This document shows positions 51,941-64,000 of a stretch of DNA of 64,000 bases, in pieces. Both the position numbers and the translations under genes were made by a program. The stretch is from Octopus sinensis (taxonomy: Eukaryota). The DNA lies in the NCBI RefSeq assembly GCF_006345805.1, contig NC_043020.1, positions 868,001 to 932,000 on the forward strand, read 5' to 3'. The notes beneath the pieces were generated by a model. That model searched no databases and was not told the DNA's origin. It was given only the letters and a program-made list of their open reading frames with translations. Each line of letters opens with the position of its first letter. Positions within the stretch are counted from its first letter, which is position 1.

Positions 51941-52519
51941 GTAAGGCTTAGACAAGGAATATTACTACTATTTACTTTAGCAGTTGCAGCTTGTTACACA
52001 ATACATTTATTGATGCATTAATGGTCTGGGGACACTGCTTGTTGCTTCAGCAATTGGAAATATCTTTTTGGTTTGCACTGACACTGTGGTGTTGCATTGA
52101 TTTCTTTCTGTTATGTAACGAAATGATCTTTCTAGTGGTAGTTTTTATGTCAGTGCTATGGAATAATTTGTGTATTTTATTATTGACTTTGTCGAAGTAT
52201 CTATTGATTAGAGACGGGAATTGCTTCGTGGTACAGTTTATGACGTTCTTACGGAAGTAGATTATATATGTGGACATGTATGTGTGTGTTTACACACACA
52301 CATAGGTTTCGTATTTTACTGCATTCGAAATCTTATCATTCGGTGGGTGGCTTAGTTTGTATTATTTATCAAACCCAAACACCAGATATAGCTATAACTC
52401 TTCCCCCTTTCCTCTCTCACCCCTCCCCCTCTCTCTCTGGTGATGATGATGATGATGTATTTTTTAGTATATTATATTTCTTTATTTGTTCATATTTGCA
52501 ACACAAGTAGTTTTACACG

Positions 52520-52945
52520 ATGATAGAGATATATATATAGAGAGAAGGGGAAGATGTAGAGAGAGAGAAAAGGAAGATATATAGAGAGAGGTGAGAGAGA
52601 TAGAGAAAGGGAAGACATATAGAGAGAGGTGGGAGAGATAGAGAGAGAGAGGGGTGGGAGAGATAGAGAGGGAGAGAAAAGGAAGATATGGAGAGAGAGA
52701 GGTTGGAGAGATAGAGAGAGAGAAAAGGAAGATGTAGAGTGAGGGTGGGAGAGATAGAGAGAGAGAGAGAGGGAATATATATATAGGGAGAGAGGTGGGA
52801 GAGATAGAGAGACAGAAAGGGAAGATATAGAGAAAGGTGAGGAGATAGAGTGAGAGAGAAAGGGAAGATGTAGAGAGAGGGATGGGAGAGATAGAGAGAG
52901 AGAGAGAAAGGGAATGTGTAGAGAGAGAGGTGGGAGAGATATAGA
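52520..52945. repeat. Purine-rich (GA-based) degenerate minisatellite
   Basis: Repeated gggagagatagagagag..aaagggaagat blocks, almost purely purine on the + strand. Confidence 0.85.
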
Positions 52946-53599
52946 GAAAAAGACAGGCAGGGAGAATAGTGTGACGTATTTATTTCTGAAGAGCGTTATC
53001 GATATTACTGAAGTGAAACACTTCAGTCTTCCCAGAGAAAGAATTGACATCGTGTCAAAATACCTTGCACGTTGTGAACCCATCTCAAAAAATGCAAATA
53101 GCTTCTCTCTTTTTTTTTTTTTCTTTCTTTTCTTTTCTGTCCTCCATCTTGTCTTGTTTTATAAATATTTTTTTTGCGGTTATTTTCTAATAAAAAATTT
53201 TCTCCTGCAGCCTGTAATCTTTTTTTTTTTTTCCCCTTTTTTTGTCTGTTTGTCTATGAATAATATATTCTCGTTTTTTTTTTTAAATCTCAGTTTCTGT
53301 CTATTTTTAATCTCGAATCTGGAGTAGAGTTTGTTAGAATTGCAATATAACGTTTAATCAGAGACAGAGTTACTATCACGGTCCCGATGTATCGTCGCCA
53401 AGCGCCGACAAAGGATGCTCGACGCGGTTGTTTGCTCTGCTAGAAATAACAGCCAAGTTTCATTCGCATCGCACACCCGGCGTTTTTGTCGTTGTTTTCG
53501 AAGGTTACTCTGGATAATATAGTCGTAGATATCTTTTATCTTTCACTCTCGAATCTGTCATTGATCTGAGGCCATGCTGAACTACCCACTTTTAAAGGG

Positions 53600-53940
53600 T
53601 CTAGTCTAACAGATCGATCCCTGTTCGAATTTCTAAGTTTGGCACTTATTCTGTCGTTGGCCAGACCGCTCGATCATGGGAACGTAAACAAACCAGCACC
53701 GGCTGTGAAGTGGTGGTGGTGAAGTAAACAACATATACTTAAGTACACACACACACCACACACACACATATATATATATAGTACTACTTAAGAAGAGTGG
53801 TCCCGGTGCGCGCATCCACGCTAGCTAGTCGTGACTAGTCGATCCTACAACGACTACCTAGCAAAGTAAATAAAACACAAAAACACAAAGTAAGGATCGA
53901 CTTGTCACGACTAGCTAGCGCGGTACTACTTAAGTAGTAC

Positions 53941-54020
<80 letters not shown>

Positions 54021-54180
54021 CATGTGCCGGTCTTCTACACAGTTTCCAAATACCAAATTCACTCACATGGCATTGCTTCGGTCCCGGGGCTACAGTGGTG
54101 GAAGACACTCGCCCAAGGTGCAGCGCAGTGGGATCGAACCCGAAATCACGTAGTTTGCAAAGCGAGCTTCTTAACCACAC
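53600..54180 (-). mobile_element. Diverged SINE family A hosting a 162-bp insert in its TA tract
   Basis: ccagcaccggctgtgaag to the left and gaagacactcgcccaaggtgc...gatcgaacccg to the right of the insert. Confidence 0.7.
53781..53942. other. Nested fold-back (palindromic) insert
   Basis: 12-bp terminal inverted repeats, an internal 28-bp stem with one mismatch and a 20-bp perfect palindrome. Confidence 0.8.
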
Positions 54181-54840
54181 GAAGAAATGGTTGGAGCGAT
54201 CACGGCTGGAAAGTCTTTGATCATATATCGGTTTGTGCATTCAGAGCTGACCTGGGCGTATATCATCGCCATGCTTCTTCTTCTTCTTCTGAAATCGTAT
54301 TTTCATTGAAATTTCTTCTCTGCATCTTTTTTTTTTTTTTGTTTTTTTTTTGTTTCCCCCTCACTGTTCCTCCCAAACAACCCCTCTCCCTCATACTCAC
54401 ACACACACACACACACACACACACATTCACGCATACATACACACACATTCGCTATGTTAAGCTATCTATTTCCTTTGTAGAAAACCAGTCGGCTTCTGGA
54501 GAGGTGCCGCTTTATTCATCTTCTTTCATCTTCGTCTCTAAGATGATATTATTCATTCCTGGCATCGGGATTGACAAAAAGAAGTCAGAGCAAAGGCCAC
54601 TGAGATTTTGTATGTCACCACTGCCAACAACAACAACAACAGCAGCAAAAATGATGCTGCTGCTGTTGATGCTGAATTTGCAAGATTTTCGCTGTAGACA
54701 TGTTGCACAATATCACTGCAACTTGGCTGACACTCAAAAATTTGTATGAATTTCTGATTCTCAAACAAACATTTGATAATAGTAATAATGATAGTAATAT
54801 TTAATATTATTATTATTATTATTATTGTTATTATTATAAT

Positions 54841-55270
54841 GGATCTTTTCGGTTTGAATGGCAGTTTTTAACATAATTTCTAGGTAACTAAAAAAATTTT
54901 AAACTTCGTATATACTGGTAGAATGTGTTTATAAAACATCTTTTTCTCTTGGCTTTATTGAGAAAATTCTATAGTGTGTAAGATATTTGTTGTTTTTTTT
55001 TCTTCAATTTCTGCAATTTCAACCAATCAATGACGTCTATTGAGGTGAAAACCTTCTGTGCCGTATGAATATGTCCCTCGTTTAAGAAACAGATTGGGTT
55101 TATTTTACATTTGTGAAGAAAAAAAGATACCCTTCCCCCCACCCCTAACCCTAACTAACCCTAACCCTAAAACAGATTGATATGCAATAGATCGATACTA
55201 GGGTCATAATTATGGGTGACAATTTCATATGACACCGCTAGAAAAACTGCCGTTCAAACCGAAAAGATCC
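54841..55270. mobile_element. MITE with ~28-bp GG-terminal TIRs (Merlin/hAT-like), copy 1
   Basis: ggatcttttcggtttgaatggcagtttt ... aaaactgccgttcaaaccgaaaagatcc; no TSD visible here. Confidence 0.85.
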
Positions 55271-56617
55271 GAGGCCACTAAGAGACTCTACTCCCAGACA
55301 AACTTTAGGGATCGTTAAGAGACCCATCTCACAATCCCCGGAGGGTACAGAGGCAGTGGTTCTCAATTCTTGCAACCTTTCTCTCTCCAAAAAATATTAA
55401 CGGATTTTTTTTTTTTTTGTTCCCTCTCCTTTTGTATCAATGAGAAAACAAAATGGCGATTGCATCGAAACGATTCTTTCCTTCGCTATTGGCGTTGGGT
55501 AAGTTTAAGAAAGTATAAAAACCTATCTTCATTTTATGAAACATATATCAATGTTAGTCGCCCGTTTTTCGATCCTCACAGCCTCATTTGTCTATGAGAA
55601 ACACTTAATCTGCAGAGTGTATTAACACGTCTGTTCACGACCCCTAGAAAAGGCTGGGAAATAACGTCTGTTGTGTTTTCTCTGACAACCCCTAACTACC
55701 TCTGTCGTTACATCACTGAACTAAGTGTCCTTTTTTTGTATAGTTCATTTCCTTCTTTCTCTCTCTCTCTCTCTCTCTCTCCATGTGTGTGTTTATTTGT
55801 TTTTCTGTGTGTACGCGTATTAAACTGTCTAGCAACAATTAAACTTGTATCTTTTAATTGTGGTTGTCTGTTATCTCGGCTCTAAATCCAGTGAGGCCGA
55901 CTGAAGTATCTCATATTTCCTTTATCCTGTTTATTTATTAATAAACCTCTTTTTTTCCCCTTTTTCGACATTGTAGATTTGGTTACCGTTTCTCGGCTCT
56001 TTTGATTTATTTGATGCTTTTATTTTCGTTTTGCTGACGTTAATAAATCATTAGTTTGTTTTAGGCTGTGATTGATTTGTATATATCGTTTACTTGTTTC
56101 AGTCATTGGACTACGGCCATGCTTGTGCATCGCCTTGAAGGACTCCTAGTCGAGTAGTTCTGAACCTTTTTAGTATCCAGGCTAGATCCAAAACCTGGAT
56201 TTTTTTTAGCCCCTGCTCCGCACCATAAAAGAGTAGTCAACTAAAGAAATGTTTATAGAGAAAAGACCGCCGAGGGCCGCAGGAAGGGTACTTGAGGGCC
56301 ACATGCGTTCCAGGGAACCGCTGGTTCAGTCGAACAATTCGACTCCAGTACTTATTTTTTAAACCTGGAACTTATTCTAACGCTCCCTTTCGCCGAACCG
56401 CTAACTTACGGGGTGTGTGTGTGTGTGTACGGCAATTGTTGAGCAAAAGCATTGTTAGCAACGGATTTCCAACGGGCCGAGACGAGAGTAACAAGGAATT
56501 ATCTGTAACTCAATGCAGAACAAATATTTTAGGGGATTTCCTTCGTTAAACACCGTTTTTTTTAAAATATCAATTTATATTTTATTTTAATTTTTGTTTC
56601 TGTTTATATAATTCGCT

Positions 56618-57029
56618 GGATCTTTTCGGTTTGAACGGCAGTTTTTAACATAATTTCTAGGTAACTAAAAAATTTTAAACTTCGTATACTGGTAGAATGT
56701 GTTTATAAAACATCTTTTTCTCTTGGCTTTATTGAGAAAATTCTATAGTTTGTAAGATATTTGTTGTTTTTTTCTTCAATTTCTGCAAATTCAACCAATC
56801 AATGATGTCCATTGAGTTAAAAAAAAACATTCTGTGCCGTATGAATATGTCCCTCGTTTAAGAAACAGATTGGGTTTATTTACATTTGTGAAGAAAAAAG
56901 ATACCCTTCCCCCCACCCCTAATCCTAAAACAGATTGAAATACAATAGATCGATACTAGGGTCATAATTATGGGTGACAATTTCATATGACACCGCTAGA
57001 AAAAACTGCCGTTCAAACCGAAAAGATCC
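56618..57029. mobile_element. Same MITE family, copy 2, with 8-bp TSD
   Basis: Matching TIRs, with aattcgct at both 56610-56617 and 57030-57037. Confidence 0.9.
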
Positions 57030-57515
57030 AATTCGCTGACATACTCTTGTGAAAAGTCATACACACATGCATGATTCATTCCAAAAATTTCCTGCCTACC
57101 GAAATTCTATTGACAAAAATTTGCTATTGATAGAAAAATTAAAAGGCGCACAAATCTGTCCCGCTGTGGGATGGAACCAGAAACCATGAAAGTTGCGAAG
57201 CAAATTTCTTAACCAGAAAACCATTCCTACGCTCTAGGCAGTTAGATATGTCTACTTTTGCAATATTTGTAGAATTCTTTGAATCTGAATCCGCCATGTA
57301 CCGTGTTGCGTTAATTACACCGTTTATCACCTGTTTTGAAATTGCTGCTAAAACCGCCTTTCCTTTGATCTCCGTCTGCCGTCTTTCCTGATATACAAAA
57401 GCACACGGACATTGTTTCTTTGAATCTAGTTTGCTTCCCACTCGTCTTGCTGAGCCTGCCCTCAGGTCATAGCTAGAAAGAGGAGGTGCCGATAATGAAA
57501 GAAAGAACTACCTTG

Positions 57516-57590
<75 letters not shown>

Positions 57591-58099
57591 CTCTATACAC
57601 TTAAAATAAATTAGAAACAGGTAGATCAATCTTGAATCACTTAACAACCTTTGTAAGATTTTCGTGTTGTACTAAGAACGTACGGCATCGTTCATTTACG
57701 TCCAAATCACTTTTTGGCTGTCTTGCTGCGCGCTTGGCACTGGGCCATTTGTTAAACCGGATGAGAAGCAGAGAGATATCACACAGATCTCTCCTTCACG
57801 CCTAAACTCGCAACTACAACAGGAAATGTTGGACAATTCTAGATTGATTGAATCAGCGTCTTTCTCTTCTTGATCTGGATTCTTGACAATTGATTGCTGG
57901 TGGAGAGAGAGAGAACCTTGCACTTGGAATTATATTTTTTTCTTTCTTCCTATCAGGTACTATAGTTCGTTAGACTTGGCCGTTTTCTTTTTTTTTTTTT
58001 ATCAACGTTAACTAAGGGTTATCTAGATTACAAAGACCCCTACATTCACACACACACACGTTCTTTTCCGTATTCGTTTGGAGAAATTGGAATTTAAAT

Positions 58100-58300
58100 T
58101 ACTCTTTTACTCTTTTACTTGTTTCAGTCATTTGACTGCGGCCATGCTGGAGCACCGCCTTTAATCGAGCAACTCGACCCCGGGACTTATTCCTTTGTAA
58201 GCCCAGTACTTATTCTATCGGTCTCTTTTGCCAAACCTCTATATTACGGGGACATAAACACACCAGCATCGGTTGTCAAGCAATGCTAGGGGGACAAGCA
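58100..58300 (-). mobile_element. SINE family A, 3' half
   Basis: Reverse complement of the tail half. Confidence 0.85.
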
Positions 58301-58435
58301 TTAAACAATTCATGAATTGTTTAATTACTAAGACATCACTTAGAACAATTAAATAGGACTATATATGATTAGCAATGACGAAGGATTTTTAAAACTTCGT
58401 ATTAAGTAAGCAAAAAAACCCCAGACAACTTAATA

Positions 58436-58955
58436 CCGTAAATCCTTGAGTATAATCCGCATTTTCCCCAAAATTTAAAGGTCAAAATCCCTTGTGCGTA
58501 CAATATACGAGGTTAAAAATGAAAAATATTTCCTAAGCAATGTCCAAGTCTCTATTTGCTGTCCGGCAATGTTTATTCAGATGCATTTTGTGATGCCGGG
58601 CGCGAAAATACCTTAAGCTAAGCCTGAAAGCAATGAACTCATAAAAGAATCATCCATAACTTGCAGTAAGCAACATTTATTAAAATAAAAGTATTCAGAA
58701 CACAGAATAACATGTAACAAAAGCAATTTACGAACATATTTACATTCCCATATAACAGTTAAGAACATCACCATTATTGTATTACGCATGTGTGGAAGTG
58801 TTTGTTCGACTTGGTGCTGCTGGCTTAATTACGCACGACTCGAGTTAGAGAAGGAGTGCGTATTATACACAAGGTTTAAGTTTTTCAGAAGTACAGCCCC
58901 CTAAAAATCCCCTGCGTATTATACTCAAGGGCGGACTATACTTGAAGATTATGTG
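58436..58955. mobile_element. Tc1/mariner (Tigger/pogo-like) MITE
   Basis: TA|CCGTAAATCCTTGAGTATAATCCGC left end and a decayed inverted right end gcggactatacttgaagatta. Confidence 0.6.
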
Positions 58956-59146
58956 AATATTATGCATCTTTTTTTTCTTATAATCCCCTCAATTTCAGTT
59001 TCAGATGATTGATCCTGCATGATATTGTGATGAAACGATTATCTCATCCGTAATAGCTGCGACCGTTAAGGGTCCACGTGTACCGCCACAATTATAATTA
59101 TAAAACTATCTGCTCCTCTTCAATGTTATTTTTCTTTCTGTTTCAG

Positions 59147-59261
59147 GACTTTGATCTCTGATATTGACCAACTACGTGGTGTTGATGGCCTTGACCATTG
59201 GCGAGGGAAAGAATCGCAAGACCTGGCTGATTTAGTGCAGAGACGGTTACAGTTTTTACAG
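59147..59261 (+). CDS. FUT8: FUT8 next coding exon
   Basis: Acceptor tttttctttctgtttcag| and donor cag|gtaagc; 115 bp, phase 2 to phase 0. Encodes (R)TLISDIDQLRGVDGLDHWRGKESQDLADLVQRRLQFLQ, resembling vertebrate FUT8 [39 protein letters not shown]. It joins in frame to the 181-bp exon (AG+G = Arg). Confidence 0.92.
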
Positions 59262-59269
59262 GTAAGCAC

Positions 59270-59600
59270 CTCCGCTTTATAGCAGTAACTTTCAGCGTTT
59301 GGGTCACATGTGACCAGCAGTATATTTGCTTCTTTGGGATTTCAAGTTTTTGCCTTTGCAGAATTTAAACCGGTCACCATCAAAGCGGCAAGGCTTTTTT
59401 CGTGAGCTAGGACGGCTCTTGGAGTTTGTGGTTACCTCATTGGTTAACGTATTCATATTTGCGTCCCAACTCAGTTTTAAGGCTGACTGGACTGGAGCAA
59501 CACGAAATCAAGAACACAACGCACAGTCCGGCCCGGGAATCGAATTCACAACCTCGCGATTGTAAGGCCAACATCCTAACCACTGAGCCATGCACCTATG
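59270..59600 (-). mobile_element. SINE family D
   Basis: Minus strand ggtgcatggctcagtggttagg...gaattcgattcccgggccgg. Confidence 0.7.
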
Positions 59601-59809
59601 GACGTGTATATACATGCGTGCTGTATACTAAAATTTGTCTGTTCATAGTGGAGCGTACAATTTTGGGGAGAAAATAGAAGCGAAGCATAGGACAAGAATT
59701 GATGCGAGAAACACTCTTGTAACTAATCTTTCCAGATCAACCCCTCATCTTTAGATATCTCACCAGCCCCACCATCATACAAGCATTTCTTTACTATAAG
59801 TACCTGATA

Positions 59810-60215
59810 GGTACAGGAGTGGCTGTGTGGTAAGTAGCTTGTTTACCAACCACATGGTTCCGGGTTCAGTCCCACTGCATGACACCTTGGGCAAGTGTCT
59901 TCTACTATAGCCTCGGGCCGACCAAAGCCTTGTGAGTGGATTTGGTAGACGGAAACTGAAAGAAGCCCGTCGTATATATGTATATATATATATATGTATG
60001 CGTGTATATTTGTGTGTCTGTGTTTGTCCCCCTAGCATTGCTTGACAACCGATGCTGGTGTGTTTATGTCCCCGCCACCTAGCGGTTCGGCAAAAGAGAC
60101 CGATAGAATAAGTACTGGGCTTACAAAAGAATAAGTCCCGAGGTCGAGTTTCTCGATTAAAGGCGGTGCACCAGCATGACCGCAGTCAAAATGACTGAAA
60201 CAAGTAAAAAGAGAA
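59810..60215 (+). mobile_element. SINE family A
   Basis: Full length. Confidence 0.9.
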
Positions 60216-60784
60216 CGAAAGAGAAAAGATTGTAGATCTTAGTATAACTAATATAATACCTTCTGATCTTGCATCGCCTTCTTCATTAGCTTCTTTTACC
60301 TACACACACTACAAAACAAAACCAAAAAATCTCAATTTTCTACTAATACTAATCTGTTTGTTATTTCTTAACTGTTATTATTACTTTAAAATATATTAGA
60401 ACAAACGATATCGCACGTACTTAGGTTGAACTTTCGGTTAAATTATATTACAGCAGAAGTTGTTTATTGTTTTCTGTTGTTGTCTTCCAGAAGTAATTTT
60501 ATAAAATATACAAGTTATCACATTTACATTGTATGCAGGAACGTTATCCGGTGACGTCGCCCTCGTGTGATAATTGCAAAATGTTTTATAGACAATTATG
60601 TTTCTTGACACGCTGTAGTAGAATGTAAGGGATTTCTTAAAAAAGAAAATGTGAAAGGAAAACAACTTTTCCTGATAAGAATCAATGTGTGACTGCGTAT
60701 ATATAATATACACACGCATATGTATGCATGCATAAATATATTTTCGCACACACATATAACATGTATAAATATGATATGTAACAA

Positions 60785-60790
60785 GTGTTA

Positions 60791-60843
<53 letters not shown>

Positions 60844-60852
60844 GTATGTTTG

Positions 60853-60883
<31 letters not shown>

Positions 60884-61056
60884 GTATATATATATATATA
60901 TGTATGTGTATATGTGTATATATATATATGTATATGTGTGTATATATATATACATATGTATGTATATGTATATATATATATGTATGTATAATGTATATAT
61001 ATATGTATGTATATAATATATATGTATGTATATAGATAGTATGTATGTATATGTAT

Positions 61057-61090
<34 letters not shown>

Positions 61091-61362
61091 GTATATGTAT
61101 ATATATATATGTATGTATGTATATATATAAAAATGTATAATATATGTATGTATGTGTGAATATATATATGTATATGTATATATATATATGTATGTATGTG
61201 TGTATATATATATATGTATAGTATATATATATATGTATGTATATGTATATATATATGTATGTATATATATGTATATATATATATATATGTATGTTGTATA
61301 TATATATGTATGTATGTATGTAAATATATATATATATATGTATGTATATATATATATATATA

Positions 61363-61434
<72 letters not shown>

Positions 61435-61440
61435 TGTGTG
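60785..61440. repeat. Long (TA)/(TATG) compound microsatellite
   Basis: Direct inspection. Comparable tracts lie at ~1950-2400, 4330-4840, 16740-17280, 32460-33165, 38660-39000, 42425-42910, 44710-44930 and 46660-47120. Confidence 0.95.
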
Positions 61441-61511
61441 TGTGCATATAAAGAATGAGAAACATTATTCATACGAATGTGTATGTCTATACACTGAATT
61501 CTTTTCTCGTG

Positions 61512-61898
61512 TTTACATAATTTCTAGGTAACTAAACACTTTTAAACTTCATATACTGGTAGAATGTGTTTATAAAACATCTTTTTTCTCTTGGCTTTAT
61601 TTAGAAAATTCTATTGTTTGTAAGATATTTGTTGTTTTTTCTTCAATTTCTGCAAATTCAAACAATCAATGACGTCTATTGAGGTAAAAAAAACAAACAT
61701 TTTGTGCCGTATGAATAGGTCCCTCGTTAAGGAACAGATTGGGTTATTTACATTTGTGAGAAAAAAAGATACCCTCTTCCCCCCACCCTAACCCTAAAAC
61801 AGATTGAAATGCAATAGATCGATACTAGGGTCATAATTATGGATGACAATTTCATATGACACCGCTAGAAAAAACTGCCGTTCAAACCGAAAAGATCC
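61512..61898. mobile_element. Same MITE family as 54841/56618, left TIR missing
   Basis: Body and right TIR aaaactgccgttcaaaccgaaaagatcc are present. Confidence 0.85.
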
Positions 61899-62279
61899 GG
61901 ACTGTCTTTAAAGCCAATTTATTCTGCATGTATATAGACTCAGCGTATTTTGTAACATGGTGGAGGCTTCGTCGTGGAAGACGTACCCTGATTTTGGAAC
62001 TGTAATTATTTGGAGGAAAAAATAAAAAGTTGTTATACTTAACTTTACCAAAGTTCCATCCACATGAGCGGGCAGTGTTCAGCGGTCACACTCTAAATAC
62101 CTATTAACTGGTGAAATTGGAAGGTAAACCAGTGAAGTGTTCATTGCAAGGCATTGAGCGAAATCACCAAACGATGACCACCCACCTGATGGTCTGCTGG
62201 TGGATTACAATAATAATTCTAATACGCAACACTTTGGTTTTAACTGTTCTGCGATTACTCAAGCGCTACTTCTCACATT

Positions 62280-62820
62280 TCATCATCGTTTAACGTCTGC
62301 TTTCCATGCTAGCATGGGTTGGACGATTTTGACTGAGGACTGGAGAACCGATGGCTACACCAGGCTCCAATCTTGATCTGGCAGAGTTTCTACAGCTGGA
62401 TGCCCTTCCTAACACCAACCACTCCGAGAGTGCAGCGGGAGCTTTTTACGTGCCACCGGCACGGGGGCCAGTCAGGCGGTACTGGCAACAACCTCGCTCG
62501 AATCCTTTTACACATGCCACCAGCACAGATGCCAGTAAGGTGCCCTTTTACGTGTCACTGGGCTCCAATCTTGATTTGGCAGTGTTTCTACAGATGGATG
62601 CCCTTCCTAACGCCAACCACTCCGAGAGTGTAGTGGATGCTTTTTACGTGCCACCGACACGGGAGCCAGTCAGGCGGAACTGGCAACGACCTCGCTCGAA
62701 TCCTTTTACACATGCCACCAGCACAGGTGCCAGTAAGGCGACGTTGGTAACGATCACGCTGGAATGGTACCCTTTTACGTGCCACTGGCACGGAAGCCAG
62801 TTGGCTTCTCTGGCAACGAT
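62280..62820 (-). mobile_element. SINE family C with internal duplication
   Basis: (cat)n tail at the left; the block ggatgcccttcctaa...gcaacgacctcgctcgaatcc occurs twice. Confidence 0.8.
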
Positions 62821-63419
62821 CTCGTTCAAAGAATCCATGGCTGCCTTTCAGACATGCAGCAACTTCTGATGGTGGTGCTTTCTCTGTTACCGATGATTCG
62901 CGTCGGCAATCAATCAATGGTATTTTATGTCATCGAAAGTGAACTGAATCTCCGCTTTCAGCAAGAGGCAATGCGCATATGCTCTGAGCGAGGGGATTTG
63001 CTGTTATCGGCAGTCAACCCCGGCACGTTTGAGTTCGCAAATGCATACCTGCCTCCTTCTTTTGACTTGCCCTCACTGTCTCGTTACAAATGAAACTCCA
63101 CCACCGCTTGATAACCGGTGTAGGTTTGTTTGCATCTCCGTAACACAGCGACTTGGAAAATAAAACAGATCGATAGAAATAAGTGCTAGACTTAGAAATA
63201 ATTTTTTTTTTAAAATTAAGTACTAGGGGTCAATTTGTTCGACTAAAACCCTTGAAGACTCTACTCCTTGCTGGCCCATGGACGGAAAAGGATAATTTAC
63301 CCAAGTCTTTGCATGACATTGTTGAAAAATGGAGAGCTTCTGGTGTTGTTAGTCGTTCCAAGCGTGCCACAACTGGTGATGCTAATGCAACTTATTTTGT
63401 CCACACACACACACACAAC

Positions 63420-63590
63420 ACAGACACACACACATGTATACGACGGGTTTCCATACAGTTTCTGTCTACTAAATTCACTCACATGGCATTGGTCGGTCCG
63501 AGGCTATTGTTGAAGACACTTGTCCGAGGTGCCGTGCAGTGGGACTGAACCAAAACCACGTGATTGCAAAGCGAGTTTCTTAACCACTTA
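63420..63590 (-). mobile_element. SINE family A, 5' part (diverged)
   Basis: gaagacacttgtccgaggtgccgtgcagtgggactgaacc. Confidence 0.7.
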
Positions 63591-64000
63591 ATAACCACAA
63601 TAAATAAATAACTGCGCGCTCCTCCCGCAATATTTGCGTTGCTCCAGGCGCTGGCAACGCACTCCACGCCACATCACTGCATCTGGTTTGTTCTCTTTTG
63701 CACTTTGCTAAACACGTTCTCCAAGAATCCTCTATCGAATATTCCGTATTCATTTCCTTTTTTTCTTGCCAAAGACACTGCCTGCAGTTCTTAATTTCTT
63801 TCGGCTTCGCGACGTGCTGGTGTTCAAAACGAAAAAGAAAAATTCCTATCATATAGAAAGTTTGAAATAATGTGCGCACTTCAGATTGGAAGCTAAAAAA
63901 GTTACTGGCGCACTTCACATGGAAAGCTGAAAATTACCAACGCATTTCTTATGGGAAAAAGAAAAACAAAAATGCCATTTTTCAAGCTAAAAATTGATGG

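Noticed and set aside
57139-57923. Two short minus-strand ORFs in complex sequence
   Set aside because: No recognisable domain, and the opposite strand is similarly open.
62830-63095. GC-richer segment with open frames on both strands and a vague Pif1/Helitron-helicase resemblance
   Set aside because: No Walker A or other diagnostic motif is intact, so it needs a profile search.
63580-63918. 112-aa minus ORF with CxxC, suggesting a piggyBac C-terminal zinc finger
   Set aside because: The second Cys pair and the spacing do not fit, and no transposase core is nearby.

Overview
This is AT-rich, repeat-saturated eukaryotic DNA. Its tRNA-derived SINE families and microsatellite load fit a coleoid cephalopod (Octopus-like) genome; that assignment is inference. 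The only protein-coding gene I can support is a + strand alpha-1,6-fucosyltransferase (FUT8). It has a 181-bp exon present twice (18340-18520 and 20074-20254, inside a ~1.73-kb tandem duplication) and the next 115-bp exon at 59147-59261, so most of the window is one ~39-kb intron. The rest is four SINE families, decayed non-LTR retrotransposon fragments (R4/Dong-like, RTE, Penelope-like), non-autonomous DNA elements (Helitron, piggyBac-, hAT-, Tigger- and Merlin-like) and simple or tandem repeats. Nearly all ORFs in the supplied track are microsatellite or SINE artefacts. The best leads are: (1) a dispersed ~260-300-bp repeat carrying a type I hammerhead ribozyme, with an intact core at 31087-31170 (-) and a degenerate copy at 48333-48421 (+), in a window that also holds Penelope-like fragments; (2) the frame-asymmetric duplicated FUT8 exon, which cannot be included twice, with SINE copies positioned for competing RNA pairing; (3) a 162-bp nested fold-back insert at 53781-53942. 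All alignments, translations and counts were done by eye, and repeat boundaries are approximate.
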